Both the position numbers and the translations under genes were made by a program. DNA of 63,895 nt, counting the filler, from Reclinomonas americana ATCC 50394 (taxonomy: Eukaryota): the NCBI GenBank assembly GCA_048213135.1. It is 37 parts of 37 records of this genome, joined end to end, with 100 filler letters (N's around TTAATTAATTAA, not from the genome) between each part and the next. Parts side by side here need not be neighbours in the genome. Positions count along the whole stretch, not along the records: positions 50,657 to 52,302 come from AFZH01025354.1; positions 52,403 to 54,047 come from AFZH01025355.1; positions 54,148 to 55,791 come from AFZH01025356.1; positions 55,892 to 57,534 come from AFZH01025357.1; positions 57,635 to 59,276 come from AFZH01025358.1; positions 59,377 to 61,018 come from AFZH01025359.1; positions 61,119 to 62,759 come from AFZH01025360.1; positions 62,860 to 63,895 come from AFZH01025397.1; 29 more parts are not named here. One strand, given 5' to 3'. This document shows positions 50,691 to 63,524 of the stretch, one piece after another. Within the stretch, counting starts at the first letter, position 1. Each line of letters begins with the position of its first letter. The notes under the pieces were generated by a model. The model did no database searches. It saw only the letters and a list, made by a program, of their open reading frames with translations, and was not told the DNA's origin.

Positions 50691-52280
50691 TCAGTTGCGC
50701 CCTGCATTCACTGGTGTTCCGGTGGCGGTGACGGCCTGGCCGGCCGCGTACAGCCGATTTGGCGTCGGCGCCCCTGGCGTCGAGTTAGCCACATTGATAG
50801 ACATGTCGTGCCCCTTGCTGCTGTCGCCGCCGTCGCGTTGGCCGTGACCGTGCCCGTGCCCGTGACCACCAGCGCGGCCACCGAGCATGTCCACGCAGAG
50901 TCCAGCAAATACCAGCACCGCAGCGCCCCACTGCCATATGTTGAGATGATGGCCAAAGAGGAGTACCGAGGTGATGATGCCGAAGAACTTGCGAGTGGTG
51001 GTGATGGTGGTGCACGTCAGTGGCGAGAATCGGCGAACCACCGTGAAGACGAAGAATTGACCAGCGGCGCTGGTGATGGCGAAGCCGAACACGTCCCACA
51101 ACACGCTGGGGTAGGCCCACGAGAATTGCACGAAGCGAGCCATGTCGCCAGTGACGAGCGACAGCGGCAGCACAATGACTGCCGACCACGCATTCAACAG
51201 GAACATGAGCTGCTGCGACGAGGGACCATGCGATCCACTCAGCTTGTCCTGCAAGCCGCCAGTGACGCCGTCCATGGCTAATGAGAAGAACACGAGGAAG
51301 AGGCCAAACATGTAGGCCATTGTCTCTGCCGTCGAATCCGTGTCGCTCACGGCGGCGGCGGCGGCGGCTGCAGCCGCGTGGCCACCCTTGGAGCCACCAG
51401 ACGACTTGAGCAGCATGAACCCAGAGATGCCGAGTGTCACCATACTGACAGCAACCCACTTGCGCAGCGGGTACGGCTTGCGGGCAATCAGCGCGCCGCC
51501 AAGCATCACAGGCACCATCTTGCACGACTTGCCGAGCACCTGAGTCGGGTAGTTGACGAAATGCAACGCCAGATTCGACGAGAACATGGCCAAGATGTAT
51601 GTCAGGGCCATCGGCGCAAACACAGCGTACTTGGCCACACGTGGCGGCAACAGCGACAGCAGACGCGACTTGGGCGGCGGATGTGCCACCACCGGACTGC
51701 TGCCTGCATTCTCGTGATCCTCGTGCGGAGTCGGCGATTGTCGCGGATCATGCAACGGCGGCGACAGCGGCTCGCCCTTCAACATGGTGGCTGCAGCAAA
51801 AAACAACACAAGTCAGTGGGTGCGGTCGCGCGTGTGTGTGAGGAGGGCGAAGGAGTTGCGAGCAAACCGATGCCTGCCGCCACCGCGTTGATGATGCTGG
51901 AGACCAACAGCAGCGTCAGTGTCGACGAAAATACCGTGTTCTCCTCGCCATACGCCGTCGTGTTACTGCGAGGGAGAGCAGAGAGTGAGGGACAAGTCCA
52001 AGGAGTTTCGCGCGCGCGCGCTGTGATTGGGTTTATGCGGCGGCATGCCCAACTCTCGCCCGTCCCCCTCACTCTCGCCCACGCAACATCTTCTCCTGGA
52101 AGAGTCCGTGCAGCAAGTAGAAAAAGTACACGCCGCATGTGCAAAACACCAGCAGCAGAGCTTGTGAGTTGGCACCACCACCGCGTCCGGGAGTGCCGCC
52201 GCCATCGCTGTTGACAGTGGTCGGAGAGGAGACACGGGAGGTGCTCGACGTGCCACCACCACCACCACTACTCGTGCCTG
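50691..52280 (-). CDS. UAA-family nucleotide-sugar transporter (SLC35B1/HUT1-like)
   Basis: GVYFFYLLHGLFQEKI|NTTAYGE, ALHFVNYPTQVLGKSCKMVPVM, DGVTGGLQD, GQFFVF, TITTTRKFF, with TGA at 50691. Confidence 0.92.
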
Positions 52281-52402
52281 TGGCTTCTCGTCGGCGCATG
52301 TTNNNNNNNNNNNNNNNNNNNNNNNNNNNNNNNNNNNNNNNNNNNNTTAATTAATTAANNNNNNNNNNNNNNNNNNNNNNNNNNNNNNNNNNNNNNNNNN
52401 NN

Positions 52403-54022
52403 ACCGTCCATGTCGCCACCGCCGCCGCCTCCTCCGGAGTGATACATTACGCTGTTGCTGCTGCTGCTGCTGCCGCTGCTGCCGTCGTACAGGCGCATGC
52501 CGGAGAAGGCGTAGGCCAGGTGGGCGGAGGAGGCGGAAGAGGAGGAAGGGTGTGGTGGTGGTGGTGGCTGTGGGTGAGGTGGGTAGCCGGCGGCGGCGGA
52601 CCAGTGGCCGCCACCGTGGGAGCGAGGGTGGCCTTGTCGGGTGGGTTCGAACATGGTTTTGGCCCAGTCGAGGCGCAGGCACACCCCATCTGCGGGAAAG
52701 GGAAGGGAGAGGGATAGGGGGAGAGGGGAAGGGTGGGGAAGAAAGGGAAGAAAGAAGGGAAGGAGTGAGGGGGGAAGGGGGAGGAAAGAAGGGAAAGAGG
52801 GAAGGGGAATGACGTGAGTGAAACAAAGCGATTGAGGAGGAGCAAGGCACGAGCGACAGAAGAAAGGTGGGGGGAGCAGCGTAGTTTACAAGATGGAGCG
52901 AAGAACAAGCGATAATGTGCGCGGAGCGAGGCAGCACCGACTGAGGAGCAGAGGAGAAATACAAAGAGCGGAAGCAGAGCGCACAGAATGTGAGAAGATG
53001 AGAGAAGATCAAGCGACAGAGGACGAGCTATTTGAGAGAAGGAGAAGGCACAAGTGAGGGAGGAGAGGCCAGACAGAAGAGACACGGAAGGAGGAGGAGG
53101 CACGAGGAACTGAGGTTGTGGCGAGGAGCAACGTGCAAAAAGCGGAGGAACGAGGTGGACTGGAGAAGGCACAAGCGATAGAGGAGAAGGAGAACAGCGT
53201 AGTTTATATGATGGAACGAAGAACAAACGACAGATTGCGCAGGCGAGGCAACGCTGACTAAGGAGAAATGCAAACAGCGGAAGCGACAGTGAGCGAAGAG
53301 CAAGTGACAGAGGAGGAGGTGAGCTGGAAGTGACAGAAGAAGATGCTGCGCCAGTGACAGACGAAGAGAAGAAGCGAGGCACATGCGACAGAGATCGAGC
53401 GAACCACACAAAGGGATGCACAATGTTGTGCAAGAAAGAGAGAGTGCACGCTACACACCTTCCCATTGCTCTCTCCCGCTCCTCTCCCTCCCTCTCCCTC
53501 CTCATTCCCTCTCTCCCCCGCTCACCCAAATAGCTGCCATGGAGCGAGTTAATCGCTGCCACCGCGCCCTCCTTGTCCGCATACTCGACAAACGCACACC
53601 CGCGACTCTTGGAGGGCACGCGCACCGACACCACAGCGCCGACAGAGGAGAAGTGCCTGTGTGTGGGACAACAGATTGGGTAAGTACGAGACGCGCCGGT
53701 ATTGTTACACCCTCTTCTGCAACAAGAACCTTGTCAGGCCGGCCTCTGTGACGGTCTGGTCCAGGCCGCCGACAAACACTGTCGTGTTGGCGGGATTGGT
53801 GTCTTCGGAGGGCGGGAGTGGCGCCCCTGTGTGCGAGTATTGGTGAGGCAGGGGGCCAATATCGCGAATGATTGGGAGGCGAGTACACGCAACAAGCACG
53901 GCGAGCAGTAGATGCGGAGATTCTGAGGGGTCGTATGGCAATATCGGGGACAGCGACGCCGTTCATCTCGAGCACGCACTTGGCGGCCTCGTCGTGGTTG
54001 CGGAATTTGATGAAACCGAAGC
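52403..54022 (-). CDS. NAM8/RBP45/RBP47-like multi-RRM RNA-binding protein, partial
   Basis: GFGFIKFRNHDEAAKCVLEMNG...RPLRIS...NPANTTVFVGGLD...RGCAFVEY...LRLDWAK. Confidence 0.85.
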
Positions 54023-54147
54023 CTGAGGAAGGGGAAGAGTGGGTGGANNNNNNNNNNNNNNNNNNNNNNNNNNNNNNNNNNNNNNNNNNNNTTAATTAAT
54101 TAANNNNNNNNNNNNNNNNNNNNNNNNNNNNNNNNNNNNNNNNNNNN

Positions 54148-55791
54148 GGCTCTCTGCAAGGCGGCAGCATCAGCACTCTCGGTGTGATCAATGCTGGCGG
54201 CCTGATTACTGGCGGCAGTGTGACGACAGCCGGCTCTCTGCAGGGCGGCAGCATCAGCACCCTCGGTGTGATAAATGCGGGCGGTTTGATTACTGGCGGC
54301 AGCGTGACGACCGCTGGCTCTCTGCAAGGCGGCAGTATCAGCACTCTGGGTGTGATCAATGCCGGTGGTGTGATTACTGGCGGCAGTGTGACGACCGCTG
54401 GTTCTCTGCAAGGCGGCAGTGTCAGCACCCTCGGTGTCATCAATGCCGGTGGTTTGATTACTGGCGGCAGCGTGACGACAGCTGGCACTGTGCAAGGCGG
54501 CAGCGTAAGCACTCTCGGTGTTATCAATGCCGGTGGTTTGATTACCGGCGGCAGCGTGACGACAGCTGGTTCGCTGCAAGGAGGCAGCGTCAGCACTCTT
54601 GGTGTGATCAATGCTGGTGGCCTGATTACTGGCGGCAGTGTGACAACCGCTGGTACTGTGCAGGGGCTGTCTCTCAGCGCATCTGGTGTGATTAGTGGCG
54701 GCAGCGTGACGACGGTGGGTTCACTGCAGAGCGGCTCGGTCAGCACATTTGGCGTGATCAGCGGTGGCAGTGTGACCACTGTGGGCTCTCTGCAAGGCGG
54801 CAGCATCAGCACCCTCGGTGTGATCAATGCCGGTGGCTTGATTACTGGTGGCAGCGTGACGACGGCTGGTTCTCTGCAAGGCGGCAGTGTCAGCACTCTC
54901 GGCGTGATCAATGCCGGTGGCTTGATTACTGGCGGCAGCGTGACGACGGCTGGCTCTCTGCAAGGCGGCAGTATCAGCACTCTGGGTGTGATCAATGCCG
55001 GTGGCTTGATTACTGGCGGCAGTGTGACGACCGCTGGTTCTCTTCAAGGCGGCAGTATCAGCACTCTGGGTGTGATCAATGCCGGTGGTGTGATTACTGG
55101 CGGCAGTGCGACGACCGCTGGTTCTCTGCAAGGCGGCAGCATCAGCACCCTCGGTGTGATCAATGCTGGCGGTGTGATTACTGGCGGTAGCGTGACAACC
55201 GCTGGCACTGTGCAGGGCCTGTCTCTCAGCGCATCTGGTGTCATCAGCGGTGGCAGTGTGACGACAGCTGGTTCTCTGCAGGGCGGTAGCATCAGCACTC
55301 TCGGCGTGATCAATGCGGGCGGTTTGATTACTGGCGGCAGTGTGACGACTGCTGGCACTGTGCAGGGCCTGTCTCTCAGCGCATCTGGTGTCATCAGCGG
55401 TGGCAGTGTGACCACTGTGGGCTCTCTGCAAGGCGGCAGCATCAGCACTCTCGGCGTGATCAATGCCGGTGGCGTGATTACTGGCGGCAGTGTGACGACT
55501 GTGGGCTCGCTGCAAGGCGGCAGTATCAGCACTCTGGGTGTGATCAATGCCGGTGGTGTGATTACTGGCGGCAGTGTGACGACCGCTGGTTCTCTGCAAG
55601 GCGGCAGCATCAGCACCCTCGGTGTGATCAATGCCGGTGGCCTGATTACCGGCGGCAGCGTGACGACGGCTGGTTCGCTGCAAGGCGGCAGTATCAGCAC
55701 CGTCGGCGTGATCAATGCCGGTGGTGTGATTACTGGTGGCAGTGTGACGACTGCCGGTTCTTTGCAAGGCGGCAGCATCAGCACTCTCGGC
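54148..55791 (+). CDS. Uncharged 28-aa tandem-repeat protein (beta-solenoid/fibre-like), partial at both ends
   Basis: The whole contig is open in one frame. Unit GGSVTTAGSLQGGSISTLGVINAGGLIT (84 nt), with 22-aa variants and many synonymous differences between units. Confidence 0.85.
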
Positions 55792-55891
55792 NNNNNNNNN
55801 NNNNNNNNNNNNNNNNNNNNNNNNNNNNNNNNNNNTTAATTAATTAANNNNNNNNNNNNNNNNNNNNNNNNNNNNNNNNNNNNNNNNNNNN

Positions 55892-57534
55892 GACTGAAGA
55901 TGCTGATCGCAGACCGGAGTGTGGTGTTCTCAATCGGTATTTGAGTTGCAAGTGTGTTCACGCCGCCTTTCCCGACATTCCCCTCTTCAATGTCGACAAT
56001 CTGGTGATGGAGGTGCGTGCGCGAAATGGAGAAAGTACTGCTGCACCGATGCTTTGGATCTGATCTCAAACCACACACAGCTCGCCAAGCGCTGTGAGCA
56101 CATTTCGGACGACCTCTGTCGGGATCCGCGATGGAAGTTCCGCCGCTTCGCTTCAAACACTGATCCACTGCAGAGAGATGACTGACTTTTATTCGCAGAC
56201 CACTATTCATCTGGATCACGCCACCACAAGCCGGCACCGCCGTCGACGAGCTGGCCATGGAATCGTCGGATCTCGACGATCGGCAATCGTCTGTGCTGGC
56301 ATTACGATCTGACGAGCCAGAGCCCGACTTTGAAGTCGTGCACAATGTGTTTGTGTTTGCCCTCTGCGAAGTGATTGCGGTGACGGGCATCAAGTGAATC
56401 ATCAATTGTCAACAAGTTTCAAGGAAAACAGAAGTCCGAGAAGTGGAACGAAAAGGTGGTAGAAGAAAACGGAGATGTGCACCCGAGAAAGTCAGGTCGC
56501 TTTGCTTTCACACACGACTGCTTGAAAATCGGTCGTGGTCTGTATCCTAAACAGCAGTCTTTCGCCTTGAAACTGCGCACCAACTCCCTCTATCTCAACG
56601 CTACACGCGCGAAGCATAGCCAGAACTATACCCCTCTCATGGCTAGCTGCAGAGTGTGTAACAAGGGACAGGCAGAGACAGTGGCGCACCTCTTGTGCTG
56701 GTGTGATCATGAGGCACATGTACAGAAAGACAATGTGACGAGTCGGCACAACAGAGTGGCAACAATCTTGCATGAGGAACTCAGAGACTCAAGTGTACAC
56801 AGCGAGGCAGTCTTCTACACTGAGAAAGTACCGCAGAATTTGTTGGCAGCAGGAGAAGACCAGTTGGCTCAGTTGAAACCAGACATTGTGGCTGTGACTC
56901 GAGCAAGTCCAGGTGACGATGCACAGGTGACGAAGGTGCTGATTGTGGAGCTCACCGTGGCGTACCCGAAGGACGAAGAGGCGCTGCAGAAGGCGTACGA
57001 CCGCAAGTTGGCGAAGTATGCCGAGCTGGTGGATCCGGAGAAGATCCGAATTCGAACGCACACTGATCATGAAGCGGTGGTTACGCACGTGCCGATTGTT
57101 TTCACGCAAGTTGGATCGTGCGCGCAGACTACAGCTACCCGGGCGTCGTTGAAGAAGATGGGCATCGAGAGCGGCCAATTGCGCCGAGTGGTGGACAGGT
57201 GCTGCGTGGAGATCCTGCGGGCGGACCATGCGATGTTCGCTTTCCGCTGTACCGGTGGCAACCAGGCTCAAGCAAACAACCCCCCACCAGCAGCAGCTGC
57301 GCCGCAGCCTCAGGGCAACTAGAACCACAGCGTCGCTACTGCAGCAGCCAGCTTTAACGAGTTCAGCGTCGACATCTGCGTACGGCTGCTGATATCAATG
57401 CGCCACGAAATCCTTTTGAGGCCAACACGCGTTTGATTGGCTTTGTCTCCTGAAAGGGAAGATGACTGTTGGAGAAGAGTAATTGCTTGTATTGTTTTTG
57501 GTGTGCCTTTGTCGCATCGGAATGTGATGAATGA
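55892..57534 (+). mobile_element. 3' part of an RLE-clade non-LTR retrotransposon (R2/NeSL/CRE-like), decayed upstream
   Basis: ORF 56456-57322 has LKLRTNSL, a CCHC knuckle CRVC...ETVAHLLCWC, RHNRV, KPDIV, IVELTV and KLAKY. Upstream frames are interrupted by stops. Confidence 0.85.
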
Positions 57535-57634
57535 NNNNNNNNNNNNNNNNNNNNNNNNNNNNNNNNNNNNNNNNNNNNTTAATTAATTAANNNNNNNNNN
57601 NNNNNNNNNNNNNNNNNNNNNNNNNNNNNNNNNN

Positions 57635-58993
57635 GAAAGGTCGTGAGTAGCCCGAAATTGTTGTCCAACTCGGCGAGCATCGAGATAATGGCATGCAGAG
57701 AGCGGCCCAGTTTTCTGACTGCCTCTCCCGTGGTGCCCTCAGCACCGGTGCCCCCGTCGGCAGCTGTGGCATCCACGAGCCGGTGCAAAACGTCAGCTCC
57801 AGCCGCCGCCAAGTGCGCCGACATATCTCGATACTGCGCCAGCACTGTGCACAGCGAGTGCGAATCAGCACCACTGTCGCCGCTCTCGTAGTGTCGTCCG
57901 TCCATGCCGCTCCCACTGTCACTCCCGCCACCAGAGTTCAAGTGCTGCAAAATGCGACGCAAAGCGCGCAGCTCACGCTTCCGCGAATTACTCGCAACTC
58001 TGGCCGGTGTGCCTGCATATGCATGCAGTCCAGTCGTAAGGAAGAATCGGTACAACGGTGCAACTTCGCTGGCTGACATTTTGAGTAAGGGATGTACCTT
58101 GAAACACGCGACACAAGGCCGACGCGACAGCATTTGCGGAGGCCGGCGTGAACACGTGTGGTGCCCATTGGACCAAGAACAGCTTGCAGTCGTCTTGCCA
58201 CAATGCCGTTGACGGTGCCCGACGACAATCGATGACAGCAATGGCAGCGTGTGTTGCAACGCTGCTGGATGACCCGGAACTAGAGGAAGCGCCTCCTGCA
58301 GCTGCGGCCGCAGTGCGGGTCGAACTGGTCACCACCGCCTTGTGCAAGCTCAGGACGGACAGTGCCAGGTTCACATCGATCGCGCCTCGCTCAGCGCGAA
58401 GGCAATCAAGCTTGTCAGCATCGCAACGAGCTGACTGCCGAAGGTCGGAAATCGCCTGCTTCGCGAACTGCCTCACGGTGTCCTTGCTGGATCCATTGGA
58501 AACAATGCCGGCAGTAAGAACACAGAGAGAGAGAGAGAGAGATCGCGCGCACCAAGAGCAAAGCACAGTGACGCACATCAATCGTTTGGCAACATCATCA
58601 GGCCCCGTATCGTCGAGGAGCTCCAGCAACAAGAGATTCAGCGCCTCGCAATCGGTGTCACGGTCGGCCAGAGTCGCCGCTGCACAGCTGTGCGAGAAAT
58701 ACGCCCTTGAAGACCGCGACATCGCCAATGCGTTTGCTATGGCAGCAAAAAATGTTCGCAGGGCTGGAAAAGCAAAACAACGCACTCAATCAGTGATGGA
58801 AGTATGATTGGCCAGCTGCTCACTACTTGCTGACTCTGCAGTTTTCTCACCAGCGAGTGCGGTCTTCTCGGTCTTCGTCAATGTGACGCGGGGGGCCGAT
58901 GCAGTTGAGTCTGTCACGGTCGCGGTCGGCGCAGCTGCTGTGGGCACTGCGGCCGGTGCAGTGTTTCGAGGGGTCACAATCGGCTCCTCCTCC

Positions 58994-59025
<32 letters not shown>

Positions 59026-59276
59026 CTCCACTTCGTCCACATCCACTGCCGCACCAGCATTCTCGTGGAGAGGAACAAGGCCATCCACCACCGCAACGTC
59101 GACTTCTGGATTCTGCTCCTCCTGCTCTTCTTGCCGATCCAGCTCCTTTAGCGTCTCCTCCGAAAAGCCAATCACATCGGCACTCTCGACGCATGTCGAC
59201 CATTCCGACAGTGGTGTTGCACGCAGCGTTGTGCACAAGAGCTCCACCCGTTGACACGCACGCTGGCAGAGGGCAG
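57635..59276 (-). CDS. Copy B of the 17736-19403 gene
   Basis: Colinear and near-identical from about 57956 onward. Confidence 0.5.
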
Positions 59277-59376
59277 NNNNNNNNNNNNNNNNNNNNNNNN
59301 NNNNNNNNNNNNNNNNNNNNTTAATTAATTAANNNNNNNNNNNNNNNNNNNNNNNNNNNNNNNNNNNNNNNNNNNN

Positions 59377-60830
59377 TCACGATGATTTTGCTTGACACTG
59401 GTCAGCAGCGACTGGAATTTGGTCACGTAGTCATCGACTTCGGCCTCGTGTGTTGCCGTGAGATGTGAAATCTGCATGACAGTGGTCGGCGAAGTGGAAG
59501 AGAGGTAACGAAATACAAAGCACGATGCAGTGCGAACCTGGCCCTCAATGTTGCGCATTTTCTGCAGGTTGGCGTCGACCTGTCGCTGTTGAGCGCTGCG
59601 TGCGTTCACCAGATTTGTTCGCTCGGCCAGCGCCTTCTGCTTCCGCTGCGCGTTCGACAAGAGTGAGCGACCTTGACAAGTGCGCACCGAGAGGCAACCA
59701 TATAACCACACTCAACTTGTGAAGCCTCGTCAAACTTGGTCTGAAACTGCTTATCGAGGCGTTGCATTTTCTCCTGCACGCCCTGAATCTGGCGGCGGAG
59801 CAAATCGCGCTGATTCTCACGCTCAGCAATCTGCACCTGGGTGGCCTCTGTGCGCGACCGGATTCTCTTCACTTCTTCCGCGCATTCCTTGGCGCGCGTA
59901 ATGTCGCCCTCGCACTCGGCCTGATTCCACAAACAGCCATCACCACTCATCAGTTTCCACGGGTAAAAAAGAAAAAGGCATGATGACCACTCTCGCACCA
60001 TGCCCTCCAAAGCCTTCTCCAAGTTCTTTTTGGCCTTAGTCGCAGTGTCAATCCGCTGTTGCACGTCACGGAACTTCTTCTCGGACTCGTGTAGCTGGCT
60101 CTTCTCCTGCTCTGCCTGCACTTGCAAATCCTCAATCGCTCGCTTCACACGCTCAGGGGAGCGCACGATCTTGGACTGCAAGATGTCGCACGCCTGCTTC
60201 GTCTGGGACACGTGGAATTTTTGACTCGCCTGTCGATGAACAACAGGGTAACAATAAGAGTGGTGAACACAGAACAGGGCGGTGGGACCACAAAATGCGC
60301 ACAATCTGGTCGCTGATGGCCGTCACTTTCTCCTTCAGCGTCGACATGTTGGCGTTGAGATCGTTGAACTGCTGCTGGCTGGTACTGATGGTGTGGAAGA
60401 GTGTATCGCGCTCTGCTCGCACACGCTCGGCCTCGGGAGCCTCGGCGTCACGCTGCGCCCTGTAGAGCTGGTTAGTGCCAATGCACTTGTGCTACCGAGT
60501 CGACATGAGGAGACGCAACTGGAACTTGCCGAGCTCCTGCGACAATGCCTGCGTCTCAATCTCCAGCTCCTCCTTCTTCTCAATATCACTGTTCTGTGTG
60601 GTCGGTCAGCAGGGCAACGTCAGTCCGTGCGCGCAGAGGACGGCAGCACAGAAGCAACAACGACGCACAACGCGATCCGACAGCTCGTAGTAGTACGCCA
60701 TACGATCCTCCTTGAACTTGGCAAAGTTGATAATGGCGCTCAGAGCTCGGCGCAAGCGCTTCGGTGTCGGATTCATGACGTCGGCCATGGAGAAGTCGCG
60801 AACGCCGGCCACCTGCATGAGCCGCAGCCT
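59377..60830 (-). CDS. NUF2: Kinetochore protein Nuf2, multi-exon partial
   Basis: AGVRDFSMADVMNPTPKRLRRALSAIINFAKFKEDR and LQSKIVRSPERVKRAI, followed by coiled coil. Confidence 0.9.
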
Positions 60831-60844
60831 GCACGTCGCGATGC

Positions 60845-60909
<65 letters not shown>

Positions 60910-61118
60910 TAGTAGTAGTACGTACGTACGACGACGACGTACGTACGTACGTACGTACGTACGTACGTACGTACGTACGTACGTACGTACGGTACGGTAC
61001 GGTACGGTACGGTACGGTNNNNNNNNNNNNNNNNNNNNNNNNNNNNNNNNNNNNNNNNNNNNTTAATTAATTAANNNNNNNNNNNNNNNNNNNNNNNNNN
61101 NNNNNNNNNNNNNNNNNN

Positions 61119-62227
61119 GTGAGGGCCAGAGCACGATCACTGGCTTCGTCGGCCGACACCGGCTTTGTGGTGACACTCGGATCGTACACATGAGAGCGTA
61201 CCCATCGCTGGACGGCTGCCTTGGGCAGCTTGAATGGTCGCCTGCGACGCGGTCCAGTGAATACTCACAGAGTCACCACACAAAAAAGACCACGCATACA
61301 GACGCAACACCACGTGGGCGCCACCGCGGACGCAAGTCAGCGACTTGTCACCCAGCGATCGAACGGCGTAGAACGCCGGCGGGTGCTCGGCATCCACACT
61401 CTGCAACACGTCGCGGATCGCCATGACAGATTCGTCGTCGGGGTCGAACTCGCGCTCCGTCTTCAGCGGCCGCAGAATCTCGTACTCTCTGCGTGCACAT
61501 GAGTCACACAGATGCTCTTCCCCCTCTCTCTCTCATACACACACATTCATGCAGCGCCAAGGACACAAAACTCTTTCCGATTGACAGCCTGCTGCACCTT
61601 CTCGCCCGGAAAGCACACGGCACCACACAGCTCCGTCAGCTCGTTCGAGATTTTCGTGACACTGCAGTGCTTGTCTGGGAGTCGTCACATACACAGAAAC
61701 ACGTGCATGAGTAAAGCGAAAGGACATGGAGGGAGTGACCACAGCACAAACACCAAGTCGCCTCAACTGGCAAAGAGGAACCGAGCGAAGACCTCGTCAA
61801 GAGGTGCGGGCGGGAACGACTGCAGCTTCGCACGCTCACGCTGCTCCGACAGCATGGCGTCGAGAAACGACAGCTTATTGCGGCCACTGACGGCGCATTC
61901 CCACTGCGGCAGCAGGTACTGCATGACCTTGTCGGCAAACTCTCTGCCAATGTGCATGCGATGCGTGGATGCGTAAGACAACTCCACATGCACGAGAGAG
62001 GAAAGCGTGTCTGGCGGTCACTGTCGCAACTCGTAGTCCGTAAAGGCCTCTCTGGTCGGCCGAAACACAAACACCTCATCCTGCGGCTGCAGATCGGCCG
62101 GCGGAGCCTGTACACAACGCATGTAAAATCCACTTCGACTGCTCTCTGTCGTGCATGCAAGAGGCACACGTGTGTGCTTGCAGACACTGACCTCCAAGTC
62201 GACAGTCTTCTTGTCGAGCAGCGGCAT
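61119..62227 (-). CDS. WAC-domain protein (ACF1/BAZ1A/Itc1-like ISWI partner), 5' exons
   Basis: Spliced: MPLLDKKTVDLE|APPADLQPQDEVFVFRPTREAFTDYE|EFADKVMQYLLPQWECAVSGRNKLSFLDAMLSE...|...CFPGEKV matches the WAC consensus. Confidence 0.85.
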
Positions 62228-62859
62228 TCCGACTGCAAGAAAAACGGGAGAGAAAGAGGGAGGGAAACTCGTAAGGCCGGACATGTCGACTTGGGCACTT
62301 TGACGCACACACACAGTCGACTGCTTCTCGCTGTGTCGAGCACGTGCGTGCGGTTGCACACGTCAATCTAAAACACTTCGACACACTCACCTTGCGTTGG
62401 CGCGAAGGGGGGGCGACGATGAATGCACGGTGTGAATGGTGCTCGCGTTCTCTTCCCGCAACAATCAGGGGAAACCCCGGCGATTAATTCACTATTCGCT
62501 TCATTGTGAGGCATTCTCGCGCGTCCATCTGTCTGCTCGCTCGCGGTATACTTGCCAGGCTTGTGAGAGCGTCTGCAGAGGGGTAGCGCGTGAGGAAGAG
62601 CTGGACGCACGATGTGAACAGAAAAAAGAACTGGCGCGCGCACACCTCGCGTGCCACGTCGAGATCGTACACGTTGTTGGCATTGGCACGGACGAAAAAG
62701 TACGGGTGTCCACCGCGCTGTGCGAGGCTGCACGATGACAGTGGTGAGTGGGTGCTGGANNNNNNNNNNNNNNNNNNNNNNNNNNNNNNNNNNNNNNNNN
62801 NNNTTAATTAATTAANNNNNNNNNNNNNNNNNNNNNNNNNNNNNNNNNNNNNNNNNNNN

Positions 62860-63389
62860 GTGGCGTCGTCGGCATCCGGCAACCACGCGAATCCGTAGAG
62901 TCCGGCCAGCGCGCGTCCGTTCGCCTCGTTGCGCGCGACGATCGTCACGTCGGTGAACCCCGCGTCGCGGAACGCGGCAGCGGTGGCCTTCGCCATGCCG
63001 CCCGAACCGCGCAGCAGCACGGAGGAGCCGGCATCGAGTCGGTTGCGTTCGATGAGCTGCGCGATGGCGGAGTAGTCGGTGTTGTAGGCGGTGAGCACGC
63101 CGTCGTCGTTCACGATCGTGTTGACCGAGTCGATCGCGGTCGCCGAGGGATCCATCCGGTCGACCAGCGCGATGACGTCCTCTTTATAGGGCATCGAGAT
63201 CGCGCAGCCGCGGATGCCGAGCCCGCGCACCCCGGCGATCGCCTGGCCGAGGTCGGTCGGGGCGAAGGCCTTGTAGATCCAGTTGAGCTCGAGCGCCTCG
63301 TAGAGGAAGTTGTGGAAGCGAGTGCCGTTGTTGCTCGGCCGCGCCGACAGCGAGATGCACAGCGTCATGTCCTTGTTCAGCATCGTCAC
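62860..63389 (-). CDS. Shikimate-dehydrogenase-like protein (SdhL subclass), bacterial, 3' partial
   Basis: LNKDMTLCISLSARPSNNGTRFHN, SMPYKE, IDSVNTIVN, YNTDY, GSGGMA. Confidence 0.9.
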
Positions 63390-63524
63390 CGCATCAGGCT
63401 ACTCGCGATGGCGGGTGAGAACGTCCGCGCCGGTGGAAGCGATGGCCGAAATCCGCCGGTGGTCCCGTCGCCCCTCGTCGAGGATGGATGCGGCGGATGC
63501 TCGCCGGCGACAGGAGGAGTGCGA

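Noticed and set aside
60664..60671. Additional GTTGTG shifted donor in NUF2
   Set aside because: Ambiguous: a GTGCGT donor 3 nt downstream gives the same frame, so it was not counted.
60905..61018. GTA/CGTA/CGGTA repeat progression as a telomere or novel satellite
   Set aside because: It follows a long GA tract at a contig end and mirrors the TACG pyrosequencing flow order, so it is most likely read-end noise.
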